Position numbers and translations under genes: made by a program. Shown piece by piece: positions 8,951-18,607 of a DNA stretch of 64,000 nt (positions are counted from its first letter, which is position 1; each line of letters begins with the position of its first letter). A model generated the notes under the pieces. It was not told the DNA's origin and searched no databases. It was given only the letters and a program-made list of their open reading frames with translations. Source of the stretch: an uncultured Planctomycetia bacterium (GTDB taxonomy: Bacteria > Omnitrophota > Gorgyraeia > 1-14-0-20-64-10); contig CAYJWF010000002.1 in assembly GCA_964373805.1 (NCBI GenBank), forward strand, positions 13,861 through 77,860, given 5' to 3'.

Positions 8951-10095
8951 GCCGGAGGATTTTCCTGGTCGCCGGGGAATCCTCTGGGGATCTCCACGGC
9001 GGTACCTTAAGTCGCGCCCTCCTTCAACTTCAACCGGATCTCACCCTTTTAGGGATCGGAGGCTCCCAAATGCGGGAAGCCGGGGTGAAGATCCTGGTCG
9101 ATCCGACGCCCCTTGCCGTGGTCGGGTTGGTGGAGGTTTTCCGACATCTTCCTTTCTTTCGGAAACTTTTCCGATCGGCTTGTCAAGCCTTAGACGAACA
9201 TCGACCGGATCTGGTGGTGCTGATCGACTATCCCGGCTTTAACCTCCGATTCGCTCACGAGGTCAAACGCCGAGGCATTCGCCTCGTCTACTACATCTCT
9301 CCCCAGATCTGGGCCTGGGGCCGCGGCCGGATCCACAAGATCAAGCGGCTCGTCGACCGGATGATCGTGGTGTTTCCCTTTGAGAAAGAGCTTTACGAGA
9401 AAGCGGGAGTGCCGGTCACCTTCGTGGGACACCCCCTTCTGGATCTTGCTCACCCGACCTTGTCCCGTTTAGAGGCCTTGGAACGGCTGGGCTTATCCGA
9501 TGGGATGCCGATCATCGGGCTCTTGCCGGGTTCCCGGGAAGTGGAAGTCCGCCGCATCTTGCCGGTCCTGCTCGAAAGCGGTGAGAGGATGCGAGACCGC
9601 CTTCCTTCCACGGCGCAATTCCTTCTCATCAAGGCGCCGCATCTGGCGTGGGAGATTTACAAGACGATCCTGGACCGCTCTTCCCTGAATCCCAAGGTGG
9701 TGGAGCGCTGGGACTACGACGGCATAGCCGCCTGCGACCTGGTCCTGGTCGCCTCCGGCACCGCGACCCTGGAGTGCGCCCTCTTGAACCGCCCCATGCT
9801 GATCGTCTACAAAACCTCCTGGCTCACTTACCTCGCCTCCCGACTCCTCATCCGGATTCCAACCATCGGTCTGGTCAACGTGGTCGCCGGCAGACGAGTC
9901 GTTCCAGAGTTCATTCAGCATCGGGCTACGTCGGAAACCATCGCCACGGCTGCCCTCCAGCTCTGGAGTTCAGCCGGTCAACGAGAAGCGATGCGGGATG
10001 CCTTTTCCCAGATCCGCCGCAGCCTAGCCGAACCCGGCGCCAGCCTTCGCGCCGCCCAAGCCATCCTCTCCGGGTTGGATAGAAAGATGGTATAA
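8947..10095 (+). CDS. lpxB: Lipid-A-disaccharide synthase
   Basis: 382 aa; IFLVAGESSGDLHGG...LLGIGG...LVDYPGFNLR GT19 LpxB signature. Confidence 0.85.
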   Translation: MSRRIFLVAGESSGDLHGGTLSRALLQLQPDLTLLGIGGSQMREAGVKILVDPTPLAVVGLVEVFRHLPFFRKLFRSACQALDEHRPDLVVLIDYPGFNLRFAHEVKRRGIRLVYYISPQIWAWGRGRIHKIKRLVDRMIVVFPFEKELYEKAGVPVTFVGHPLLDLAHPTLSRLEALERLGLSDGMPIIGLLPGSREVEVRRILPVLLESGERMRDRLPSTAQFLLIKAPHLAWEIYKTILDRSSLNPKVVERWDYDGIAACDLVLVASGTATLECALLNRPMLIVYKTSWLTYLASRLLIRIPTIGLVNVVAGRRVVPEFIQHRATSETIATAALQLWSSAGQREAMRDAFSQIRRSLAEPGASLRAAQAILSGLDRKMV

Positions 10096-10106
10096 TTGAG
10101 ATTGAG

Positions 10107-10468
10107 ATGGGCGTCTTCTACCAAACAGCAACGGTATCGAATCCACAGACTCCTGAGCGACGGGAAGCGTTTAAGTTTCTCGTCGCTACAGGGGTTTTTT
10201 TACCGTAGTTCCGCGGAATCACCTTTCCAAACTGGGTATAAAACCGACCCGTGAGGAAACCGTCCAATTCGCTGACGGCCGCAAAGCCCAATGGAAGGTG
10301 GGAGAGGTTTACCTGCGTCTGGACGGCCGTTCTACTCACACCTGGGTTCTGTTCGGAAAACCTGGAACCCAACCACTTCTGGGAGCCTACACCTTGGAAG
10401 GCCTGGGTTTAACCGTCGATCCCCGCCGAAAGCGGCTCGCCCCCATGCCGGTCGTCATCGTCGCCTAA
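10107..10468 (+). pseudogene. Retropepsin-like (clan AA) aspartic protease, ~120 aa if repaired; frameshift in a T7 homopolymer and catalytic Asp replaced by Ala
   Basis: Frame 0 10107..10208 MGVFYQTATVSNPQTPERREAFKFLVATGVF; frame 2 continues TVVPRNHLSKLGIKPTREETVQFADGRKAQWKVGEVYLRLDGR...LLGAYTLEGLGLTVDPRRKRL (retropepsin C-terminal pattern). The shift sits in the TTTTTTT run at 10195..10201; VATG occupies the position of the usual DTGA motif. Confidence 0.4.
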
Positions 10469-10560
10469 GTCCCCAGGATCGTTCCCATTCAATGGGTGTT
10501 CTTGGTTTTGTTTTAAGGTCGCCATTTGTGACCATCTGGCCGTGACGAGAAAATGGGGGG

Positions 10561-11670
10561 TTATGCCTCTCGATCCAAAACGGCGTAGCGGCGCTCTTGG
10601 AATGTTTGGTAAGTAACCGTTCCCACGTTGAGGAACCGCCCTTCTTCAAGCCCCGCGGCCCGAATGAGGGCCTCCAGGCCGGCTGCCCCAGCTACGGAAA
10701 GATCCTCTACGGCTTTACGGGAGGCACGGATGATGGCGTAAGGCTCCACCCCATTGAGCTTCCAGGCATTGACTTCCTCTAGGCCAACCATCTGGGCATT
10801 CAAGAGAATGACATCCCCGTTGGCTACAGCGAGTTTCGGCATATCCTCTTCTTGGGGCCTGGGGCTCTTCGACAGGGGAATCCGCTTGACCCCAAGTGGA
10901 AGCACCCCCTCCAGTCCTACCTGATCAAACAGAAACCGCCCCTCAAGCTCTCCGGCTTGTTCCACATCAACGTAGATCTTGTTCCCCCTGTGGAGGACTC
11001 CCCCGTTGCCCTCAATCGCCCGAACCAACTCCCCCTCCTCCAGGCCGGCCCTGAACGAAGTCGAAGAGCCGGTGGGGGAATGAAGCTTGGCCAATAATCG
11101 CTGGACCGTTTCGGACTTCAGGAGGTCGCCCAAAAGCGAGGGGATCTGACCGGGATTGTTGGTACTTCTCGAATCGATAAGTACATCCGAATATCCTAGA
11201 TTATCTGGATGAGATTGTCTCACCTGTTTTCTCTCCAACACAGAAACGTAGTACCGCTGCGGCTCATCATCCCAGCGGCGGGCTTGCCCTACAACAATCC
11301 GTATCCCCGCCGGGTTACCCTGTTCCGCCACCCTGGGATTCCAAATCCAAACGCCCCAATCTTCCCCTCGCCCACCTTGTTCACCCTTTACCGGTACCGC
11401 AGATACCCTGGATCGCAATCCTAGATAGTCACTCAGAGACCTGTTCACCACCGACTCGATTTGATTCCGGTCAGGAGAGCTCGCCACACGGCCACCGACG
11501 ATCCCCTCCTCCAAGCCGGCGCGGACCTCTTTTCGAACCTCTTGGGAAGCGGGACCTTGAATGCGTAGGGCAAAGGAAGGAGATGGCAGGGTGAGGCTTA
11601 AGATGAGGAGAAACGCAACGATTCGGGGAGTGGGGTTATCCATCGATTCGTCGGGTTGCCTGCTGACCAT
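10561..11670 (-). CDS. Hypothetical secreted protein (signal peptide), function unknown
   Basis: 369-aa ORF; N-terminal hydrophobic segment VAFLLILSLTLPSPSFA; good coding statistics; no confident domain call. Confidence 0.5.
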   Translation of the reverse strand: MVSRQPDESMDNPTPRIVAFLLILSLTLPSPSFALRIQGPASQEVRKEVRAGLEEGIVGGRVASSPDRNQIESVVNRSLSDYLGLRSRVSAVPVKGEQGGRGEDWGVWIWNPRVAEQGNPAGIRIVVGQARRWDDEPQRYYVSVLERKQVRQSHPDNLGYSDVLIDSRSTNNPGQIPSLLGDLLKSETVQRLLAKLHSPTGSSTSFRAGLEEGELVRAIEGNGGVLHRGNKIYVDVEQAGELEGRFLFDQVGLEGVLPLGVKRIPLSKSPRPQEEDMPKLAVANGDVILLNAQMVGLEEVNAWKLNGVEPYAIIRASRKAVEDLSVAGAAGLEALIRAAGLEEGRFLNVGTVTYQTFQERRYAVLDREA

Positions 11671-11749
11671 TAAATTTACATCAAAAAGTCCGGGTTGTCA
11701 AATTAAATTACTAGGACAGATTACGACTAACTAATCTTCGATAATTTGT

Positions 11750-12049
11750 TTAGGAGCCGACGATGTCGAAGAGTCCCTCTACCACGCGGTTGCCCTCTTC
11801 CTCTGGAAGATGGGTTAGCTTGGAACCCAGTCGCTCGGAAGAGAGGGTCCGAATCTGACTGATCTTAATCCAGGAAGGCTTGGGAAGCAGCCGTTCGGGG
11901 GGTTCATACGTTAAGGGAAACCCAGCCCGCTGCGGCCGGCTGGTGATGGCCAGCGCCATCACCGTGCCCGAGTGGGCGTTGAAGGTCTCGTGGCTGATCA
12001 CCACTATCGGCCGGCGGCCCGCCTGTTCTCTGCCACGAGTGGGCTCCAT
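11750..12049 (-). CDS. MazF/PemK-family endoribonuclease toxin; N-terminal strand apparently frameshifted (first 13 codons MARILRGDIYWAD lie in another frame, ORF 11904..12086)
   Basis: EQAGRRPIVVISHETFNAHSGTVMALAITS matches MazF core; upstream frame carries RGDIYWAD, the typical first beta strand, separated by a +1 shift near 12049. Confidence 0.6.
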   Translation of the reverse strand: MEPTRGREQAGRRPIVVISHETFNAHSGTVMALAITSRPQRAGFPLTYEPPERLLPKPSWIKISQIRTLSSERLGSKLTHLPEEEGNRVVEGLFDIVGS

Positions 12050-12070
12050 CGGCCCAATAGATGTCCCCTC

Positions 12071-12316
12071 TTAGGATACGGGCCATGCGTCAGCTGAGAA
12101 AGATTCTTTCGCTAGGCCACGTTCTTCCTTCACGTTGAGTTTCTTGACCTCTTCGGCCAGGCGGCTGTGCTTCCAATGTTCAACCTTTTCGCGCAGCGTC
12201 TGTCTGAAAACCTGGCTTCGGCTGGCAACCCGCCTTTGGGCAACCCATCGGTCGACCCACCGCAACAGTTCTTGATCCACCGTAATGGCAATCTTGGCAG
12301 CGCTCATCCCATTCAC
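12071..12316 (-). CDS. Ribbon-helix-helix (CopG/MazE-like) antitoxin
   Basis: 81 aa; MSAAKIAITVDQELLRWVDRWV RHH motif; immediately upstream of MazF-like gene. Confidence 0.6.
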   Translation of the reverse strand: MNGMSAAKIAITVDQELLRWVDRWVAQRRVASRSQVFRQTLREKVEHWKHSRLAEEVKKLNVKEERGLAKESFSADAWPVS

Positions 12317-12389
12317 CTCCAGTATTCTGTTTTATCATACCAACGGCTTTTCGTTGGAAAAACTTGGGCTCTTAAGCTTGATGGGGGCG

Positions 12390-13727
12390 TTACAGCAGGG
12401 GGAGGTAGGTTTTCAGTTCGTAGTCGGTGACGGCGGCGCGGTAGCGCTGCCACTCGATCCGCTTGTTCTGCAAGAAGGAGGTGAAGATGTGGTCTCCCAA
12501 CGCCTCTTTGAGGAGGCTCGAACCCTCCGCAACCTCAATGGCCTCTCCCAAATCCCGGGGCAAGGCTTGGACCTTCAGCCGACGTCGTTCCTCCTCGGTC
12601 AAGGCCGACACATTCGTTTCCGCCGCCGGAGGAAGCGGCTCGTTGTCCTTTAATCCCTTCAAGCCGGCCGCCAAAATTGCGCTAAAGGCCAGATACGGAT
12701 TGCAGGCCGGATCCGGGGATCTCAACTCCAGCCGACAGGCCGACTCCTTCCCTGGCTTCGTCCGAGGAATCCGAACGAGATCGGCTCGATTGGTCAGAGC
12801 CCAGGTCACATAGACCGGCGCCTCGAATCCAGGGGTGAGCCTCTTGTAGGAATTGACCCATTGGTTGGTGACGACGGTAAACTCCCGAACATGTTTTAAC
12901 ATCCCAGCAAGGAACTTCTTCGCGACGTCCGACAAGCCGGTGGGATCGTTCGCATCGAAGAAGGCGTTCCGTTCTCCCTTAAAGAGAGAGATGTTGACGT
13001 GCATCCCGGAGCCGTTTTCTCCTTTTAAAGGTTTCGGCATGAAGGTGGCGTACACCCCATTTTTCAAGGCGATCTCCTTGACGACGAGGCGGTAGGTCAT
13101 TACCGAGTCGGCCATGGTGAGGGCGTCCGTGTAGCGAAAGTCGATCTCATGTTGGGAAGGGGCCACCTCGTGGTGACTGAACTCCACCCCCATCCCCAAC
13201 TCCTCCATGGCCAGGATCGTCTCCCGCCGAAGATCGCTGGCAAAGTCCAGGGGGGTAAGATCGAAGTAACCGCCGATGTCGAGTGGTGTCGGATCCTCGG
13301 ACGATTTGAAGTAGAAATGCTCCAGCTCCGGCCCCACGTAAAAGGTGTAGCCCAACTCCGCGGCCTTCTTTAAGTTCTGCTTTAAGATGGTGCGGGGATC
13401 CCCTTCAAACGGCTCTCCACCCGGCTTGACGATGTCGCAGAACATCCGGGCCACCGCGTTCTCCTTAGGCCGCCAAGGCAAGATCGCAAAGGTGTTGGGG
13501 TCCGGGAGGGCCACCATGTCCGATTCCTCCACTCGGGTAAATCCCTCCACGGCGGAGCCGTCGAAGCCGACCCCCTCCTCGAGCGCCTCCTCCAGCTCCT
13601 CGATGGTAATGGCCACATTCTTTAGCAGCCCTAAGATGTCGGTAAACCAGAGCCGAATGAACTTGACGCCCAGATCGCGGGCCGACTTTAAAACGTACTC
13701 TTTGTCTTTGAGTGTGACTGCTGGCAT
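12390..13727 (-). CDS. glnA: Glutamine synthetase type I (GSI-alpha-like, 445 aa)
   Basis: GS beta-grasp and catalytic motifs: FDGSAVEGF, HHEVAPSQHEIDF, KPLKGENGSGMHVNISL, NPYLAFSAILAAGLKG. Confidence 0.85.
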   Translation of the reverse strand: MPAVTLKDKEYVLKSARDLGVKFIRLWFTDILGLLKNVAITIEELEEALEEGVGFDGSAVEGFTRVEESDMVALPDPNTFAILPWRPKENAVARMFCDIVKPGGEPFEGDPRTILKQNLKKAAELGYTFYVGPELEHFYFKSSEDPTPLDIGGYFDLTPLDFASDLRRETILAMEELGMGVEFSHHEVAPSQHEIDFRYTDALTMADSVMTYRLVVKEIALKNGVYATFMPKPLKGENGSGMHVNISLFKGERNAFFDANDPTGLSDVAKKFLAGMLKHVREFTVVTNQWVNSYKRLTPGFEAPVYVTWALTNRADLVRIPRTKPGKESACRLELRSPDPACNPYLAFSAILAAGLKGLKDNEPLPPAAETNVSALTEEERRRLKVQALPRDLGEAIEVAEGSSLLKEALGDHIFTSFLQNKRIEWQRYRAAVTDYELKTYLPLL

Positions 13728-13750
13728 GGAAACCTTTTCTTAGAAGAATA

Positions 13751-13778
13751 GGGGGACAGCTTTAAAGACCTGTCCCCC
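13751..13778 (-). terminator. Hairpin GGGGGACAG(N10)CTGTCCCCC followed on minus strand by U-rich tract; terminator of glnA(beta) before glnA(alpha)
   Basis: 9-bp GC stem then TATTCTTCT on the transcribed strand. Confidence 0.45.
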
Positions 13779-13875
13779 TTCTTGAGATCCCTCGTCCTCC
13801 TCGTTTCACTCGGAGTCCTCGGGATGTAATTCGGCCTGGCACTTACGTCGTTTCACTCCGTAAGTGCCGGCCTCA

Positions 13876-15483
13876 TTACACGTCAAAATACAGATAGAAC
13901 TCGTACGGATGGGGTCGGAGCTTGACCTTCGGAATCTCCTGCCGCTTGTACTCGAGCCACACCTCGATCACGTCCTTGGTGAAGACGTCCCCTTTAAGGA
14001 GAAAGGCGTGATCCCTTTCCAAGGCGTCTAAGGCTTCTTCCAGTGAACCGGGCACCGTTGGGATCTTGGCCGCTTCCTCCCGGGAGAGCTCGTAGGTGTT
14101 CTTATCCAGAGGCTGACCCGGATCGATCCGGTTCTGAATCCCATCCAACCCGGCCATCAGCATGGCTGGGAAGGCGAGGTACGGGTTGCAGGAAGGATCC
14201 GGCGGCCGGAACTCCACCCGCTTCGATTTCGGATAGTCCACGTAGACCGGGATTCGGCAGGCGGCCGACCGGTTCCGGGCCGAATAGGCCAAGTTCACCG
14301 GCGCCTCGTAACCCGGCACCAACCGCTTGTACGAGTTGGTTGTGGGGGCCGCGAAGGCCAGGATCGAAGGGGCATGCTTGATCAGGCCCCCGATGTACCA
14401 CTTGCACAGCTGGCTGATCAAGGCATAGCCGTTCTTGTCGTAGAAGAGGTTCTTGCCCTCTTTCGCCAAGCTCTGGTGGGTATGCATCCCCGATCCGTTG
14501 TCGCCGTAAAGCGGCTTCGGCATGTAGGTGGCCACCTTGCCGTGCTTGCGGGCCACATTCTTGATGATGTATTTCAACATCAACAAGTGGTCGGCCATCT
14601 TGGTTAAGGAGGCGTACCGCATGTCGATCTCCGCCTGACCGGCCGTCGCCACTTCGTGATGGTGCTTCTCCACCGGAACCCCAGCCGCCCGTGCCGTATT
14701 CATGATTTCGCTGCGGATGTCCTGGAAAGTGTCGTGGGGGGGCACCGGGAAGTAACCCTCCTTGAATCGGGGTTTGTAGCCTAAGTTCGGCTTCTCCTCC
14801 CGACCGGAGTTCCACTCCCCCTCGATTGAATCCACATAGTAATAGCTGGAATTTTCCGTGGAATCGAAGCGGATGTCGTCAAAGATGAAGAACTCCGGTT
14901 CCGGCCCCCAGTAGCTGACGTCGGCGATGCCGGTCTTCTTAAGATACAACTCCGCTTTCTTCGCGATGTAGCGGGGATCCCGACTGTACGGCTGTTTGGT
15001 CAAAGGGTCAAAGATGTCGCAAACCAAGCTTAAGGTGGGAACGCCACACACCGGATCCAGCACCGCGGTGGAAGGGTCTACGAAAAGGTTCATGTCCGAC
15101 TCCTGGATCTTCTGGAACCCACGAATCGAGGAGCCATCGAATCCAATCCCATCCACCCAAATCCCTTCTTTGGAATTCTCGCTCAGTTCCGAGACCGGAA
15201 TCGAGAAGTGCTGCCACATCCCAGGCAGGTCGTTAAACTTAAGATCCACGACCTGGATGTTGTGGTCCTTGATCAGTTTAAACAGGCGCCGAATCTCGCT
15301 TTCGTCCACTTTCGCCGGACCGGCGGCCGCCTGGGTTTGAGTCGTCCCTTCAACACGCGCTCGGCTTCTTGCCATCGTTTCCTTTACCCTTTCCCTTTCT
15401 AGGGTCATTGTACCACCACGCCCTTGTGCCATGTCGCTCGTTCCTCCACTGTTCTTACTTCGGGTTACGGTTGATCGAGCCAT
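13876..15483 (-). CDS. glnA: Glutamine synthetase type I (GSI-beta-like); annotated start gives ~65-aa N-terminal extension, true start may be downstream
   Basis: [59 protein letters not shown]; adenylylation-loop region present. Confidence 0.8.
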   Translation of the reverse strand: MARSTVTRSKNSGGTSDMAQGRGGTMTLERERVKETMARSRARVEGTTQTQAAAGPAKVDESEIRRLFKLIKDHNIQVVDLKFNDLPGMWQHFSIPVSELSENSKEGIWVDGIGFDGSSIRGFQKIQESDMNLFVDPSTAVLDPVCGVPTLSLVCDIFDPLTKQPYSRDPRYIAKKAELYLKKTGIADVSYWGPEPEFFIFDDIRFDSTENSSYYYVDSIEGEWNSGREEKPNLGYKPRFKEGYFPVPPHDTFQDIRSEIMNTARAAGVPVEKHHHEVATAGQAEIDMRYASLTKMADHLLMLKYIIKNVARKHGKVATYMPKPLYGDNGSGMHTHQSLAKEGKNLFYDKNGYALISQLCKWYIGGLIKHAPSILAFAAPTTNSYKRLVPGYEAPVNLAYSARNRSAACRIPVYVDYPKSKRVEFRPPDPSCNPYLAFPAMLMAGLDGIQNRIDPGQPLDKNTYELSREEAAKIPTVPGSLEEALDALERDHAFLLKGDVFTKDVIEVWLEYKRQEIPKVKLRPHPYEFYLYFDV

Positions 15484-15503
15484 AAAAAGGCAGCCTCCTA
15501 TAA

Positions 15504-15561
15504 GTTTTTGGCTGCGCCAGCAAACAGTCCAGAAAAGTCCCGAGCGGAGCGAGGGGCCTCC
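15504..15561 (+). repeat. Family-1 ~58-bp repeat element, intergenic copy (glnA-glnK spacer)
   Basis: GTTTTTGGCTGCGCCAGCAAACAGTCCAGAAAAGTCCCGAGCGGAGCGAGGGGCCTCC. Confidence 0.75.
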
Positions 15562-15562
15562 C

Positions 15563-15901
15563 CTATAACGCCGCTTCGCTCATCTCCCCGGTGCGAATCC
15601 GGATGACCTCCTCCACGGTTGAGACGAAGATCTTCCCATCCCCCACCGAACCGGTCTTGGCGGCCTCTTGGATCGCGCGGACGATTTTGCTGACGTCCTT
15701 GTCGCTCACCACAATCTCCAGCTTAACTTTCGGCAACAGTTCCACCCGGTACTGCTCCCCTCGCCACTGCTGAACCACCCCTTTCTGCTTGCCGTGGCCT
15801 TCCACTTCGGAGATGTTGAGGCCCGGGAAGCCCACCTTTTCTAAGGCCCGACGAACTTCATCCACCTTCTCAGGACGAACGATGGCTTCGATCTTCTTCA
15901 T
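15563..15901 (-). CDS. glnK: Nitrogen regulatory protein P-II
   Basis: 112 aa [20 protein letters not shown]...GDGKIFV; overlaps amtB start by 4 nt (glnK-amtB pairing). Confidence 0.9.
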   Translation of the reverse strand: MKKIEAIVRPEKVDEVRRALEKVGFPGLNISEVEGHGKQKGVVQQWRGEQYRVELLPKVKLEIVVSDKDVSKIVRAIQEAAKTGSVGDGKIFVSTVEEVIRIRTGEMSEAAL

Positions 15902-17268
15902 CGTTTGCTCCCTTCATGAACCATCTCCCCATGGCTATCGTTGCTCCGCGCCACCGCCGTAGCATAGGAGTAGGAGGGCTTCCGAATCACAAATTCTGGG
16001 TAGGCGGCATTGCCGTGTTCCCCCACATCCAGACCGGCAATCTCCTCTTGAAGAGGAACCCGGATCCCCACGGTAACCTTCAAGATGGCCCAAGCTAAGA
16101 CAGAGATCAGAAACACATACAATCCCACACCAAACACCCCTGTGGCTTGGGCGGCCAAAAGCTTAGATCCTCCCCCAAAGAAGAGGCCGTTACCGGTCGT
16201 TCCAGGGACAAACATATCCTGCGCAAAAAGGGCCAGCGACAAGGTACCCCAGACGCCGTTGACCAGGTGAACCGAGATCGCTCCCACCGGATCATCCACC
16301 CGCATCCGGTCAAAGGCCATGACCGACACGACGACCAACGCCCCGGCCACCAAACCAATGAGGAGAGAACTTTCGACACTGACGAAAGCGCAGGGAGCCG
16401 TGATGGCCACGAGGCCGGCCAAACAGCCGTTTAACGTCATCCCGAGATCCGGTTTGCCCAATAAAAACCACGAGGTGACCGTAGCGCTTAAAATCGCCGC
16501 TGCGGCCGCGGAGTTCGTGGTGATGCAGATCCGGGAAATCGCCTCCGGATCGGCCGCCATGGTAGAACCTGGGTTAAAGCCAAACCACCCCAGCCACAGG
16601 ATGAAGGTCCCGAGGGTGGCTAAACTCAAATCGTGCCCAGGGGTTGGGCTAATGCGGCCGTTGGGCCCGTACTTCCCGAATCGTGGCCCCAGCATCAAGG
16701 CCCCAGCCAAAGCGGCCCATCCTCCCACCGAGTGGACCACCGAGGAGCCGGCAAAGTCCCACATCCCGGCCTTGGCCAACCACCCCCCTCCCCAAATCCA
16801 GTGACCGGTCACCGGATAGATCAAGATCCCCATGACAAAGGAGAAGAGGATGAACGAAAGATACTTGATCCTTCCTCCCACCGCTCCGGAGACGATCGTC
16901 GCCGCCGTCCCAGCAAAGACCAACTGGAAAAAGAACTTGGCGAACAAGGGGACGCCGGTCCAGTTCATCGAGCCGTAAACCCCTTTGTAGGCCGCGCTGG
17001 TGGCCGGGGAGTTATCGGCCCCGTGAAGACCGAACAACCCCTGCATGCCAAACCACGGGGTACCATCCCCAAACATGAGACCAAACCCCAAGAACCAGAA
17101 GGCGATCGAGGTCACGGCGAACACCACGAAGTTCTTGGAGAGCACATTGACACAGTTCTTGGACGGCTGAAAACCAGCCTCCACCATCGCGAAGCCGGCG
17201 TTCATCCAGAAAACCAGCATCGCCGTCAGCAATGTCCACATCGTATCCATCATCACCTTTGGATCCAT
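15898..17268 (-). CDS. amtB: Ammonium transporter
   Basis: 456 aa, ~11 TM; Amt signature regions (GAVAERIRF-like GAVGGRIKY, HGxxGxxG). Confidence 0.9.
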   Translation of the reverse strand: MDPKVMMDTMWTLLTAMLVFWMNAGFAMVEAGFQPSKNCVNVLSKNFVVFAVTSIAFWFLGFGLMFGDGTPWFGMQGLFGLHGADNSPATSAAYKGVYGSMNWTGVPLFAKFFFQLVFAGTAATIVSGAVGGRIKYLSFILFSFVMGILIYPVTGHWIWGGGWLAKAGMWDFAGSSVVHSVGGWAALAGALMLGPRFGKYGPNGRISPTPGHDLSLATLGTFILWLGWFGFNPGSTMAADPEAISRICITTNSAAAAAILSATVTSWFLLGKPDLGMTLNGCLAGLVAITAPCAFVSVESSLLIGLVAGALVVVSVMAFDRMRVDDPVGAISVHLVNGVWGTLSLALFAQDMFVPGTTGNGLFFGGGSKLLAAQATGVFGVGLYVFLISVLAWAILKVTVGIRVPLQEEIAGLDVGEHGNAAYPEFVIRKPSYSYATAVARSNDSHGEMVHEGSKR

Positions 17269-17283
17269 GCTTTAACCTCCTTA

Positions 17284-17342
17284 GAGAACGCTTCTCTCGG
17301 GGACACTTCCTTCTCAGAGAAGTGTCCTTTTAAGAAGCGTTC
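17284..17342 (-). promoter_or_regulatory. Nested inverted repeat (AGAACGCTTCT...GGACACTTC / GAAGTGTCC...AGAAGCGTTCT) between porin gene and amtB; terminator/attenuator candidate
   Basis: Two concentric perfect inverted repeats seen in sequence, directly upstream of the amtB RBS AAGGAGG. Confidence 0.35.
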
Positions 17343-17350
17343 TTGTTACC

Positions 17351-18607
17351 TTAAAAATAGACGTACGCCGCCACCCCCACCGTGTGCTGCGTGGTATCAG
17401 ACCTGAAAGTGTTCCGGCTGGTGAAGAAATTCTCCGAAGTTTTATCGAACCTATACTCCGGTCGAATCAAAAGGTTGAATCCCTTGCCTAAGGCCATCTT
17501 ATAATTCAGTGTCGCCGTCACCCCGTAAAGGGTCTGATCCACGCCGCTGGCAAAGCCGTCCTGGTCGTGGAGGTATTCTAACCGAACAGCCGGCTCCAGA
17601 TGGTCTGTTAGCTGATACCGTACCACGCCGGCCAATCCGTGCCAGACCGCGTTTTGGGTATTGGAGGCCAGCGCATTCTCCTCCAAGCCAACATCTCCAT
17701 ACAACAAGAGGTTCAGCTTTGGAATCGGCGTGTTGAAGAAGGCCTGGAAATCCACGAGGTGCCGGAGGTTATTCTGGATATTCCGCTGCTCCGGACCCAC
17801 CAGATAGTTTAGGTACAAATTAAACCAGGAGCAGGGCAGCCACCCGATGGAAGGTCCTACGGTAATCCCCCGATTATTGTCACCCGTAGTCACGTTCCAA
17901 CCCCGCAGAAGGTACAGCTCCGTATAGAACTTGTCGCTCCAAGGATAATTCAAACGGACCCCCGTGTCTTGGAAGGGGATCGCGTAGCTGTAGAGGAAAC
18001 TTCGAGAATGATTGTTGTTCTTGATCGTCTCAATGGTCTCCCCCCCGATGTGGGTGACGAATTTGCCTGCATCGATTCTTACGCCCTTGCCCACGGGAGC
18101 CACCCAGCCCACCGAGGCATGGGAGATCCATTTGTCGGCGTGGTGAACCACCCCTTCTCCCAAAGCCCCCTGAATCGTGTCGTAGATGATCTCCGGGGTA
18201 TCGCCCCAGTTGACATCCAGTTTGAAACCGGCCCCGCCCCACTCTCCTAAGGTCGGAACCTTCTCCAGCTCCACCTCCACCAAGGAGAGGCCCAACTCAT
18301 CGTTCTGGATGTCGAATGTTCGACCCTCGATGGTGACATTGGTGGCCTTCACCACCGAGGAGCTTTGATTGGCATTCACCGTGCTCCGAGAGGGCTGGTT
18401 GACGTTGTGCACGAAGTGGGTGTCGAGCCACCCGCGGATCTTGATTTTCCTCAACCACTCCAGACCGGTCCACTCACCGGCATCCTTGGTGGCCGCCTCG
18501 GTCCAGATTCCATTGACCTCTGCCGCGTGGGCAAATGGGAATGGAACCACCAAGACGCCGATGATCGCTACGAACAGAAGAAACCTTAGAGAAAATGCTT
18601 GAAACAT
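17351..18607 (-). CDS. Outer-membrane beta-barrel porin (signal peptide, C-terminal aromatic residue)
   Basis: 418 aa, N-terminal signal FLLFVAIIGVLVVPFPFAHA, alternating amphipathic strands, ends ...AAYVYF. Confidence 0.6.
   Translation of the reverse strand: MFQAFSLRFLLFVAIIGVLVVPFPFAHAAEVNGIWTEAATKDAGEWTGLEWLRKIKIRGWLDTHFVHNVNQPSRSTVNANQSSSVVKATNVTIEGRTFDIQNDELGLSLVEVELEKVPTLGEWGGAGFKLDVNWGDTPEIIYDTIQGALGEGVVHHADKWISHASVGWVAPVGKGVRIDAGKFVTHIGGETIETIKNNNHSRSFLYSYAIPFQDTGVRLNYPWSDKFYTELYLLRGWNVTTGDNNRGITVGPSIGWLPCSWFNLYLNYLVGPEQRNIQNNLRHLVDFQAFFNTPIPKLNLLLYGDVGLEENALASNTQNAVWHGLAGVVRYQLTDHLEPAVRLEYLHDQDGFASGVDQTLYGVTATLNYKMALGKGFNLLIRPEYRFDKTSENFFTSRNTFRSDTTQHTVGVAAYVYF

Noticed and set aside
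10118-10372. 84-aa minus-strand ORF in the lpxB downstream spacer
   Set aside because: The plus strand at the same place encodes a recognisable (frameshifted) retropepsin-like protein; the minus ORF has no features.
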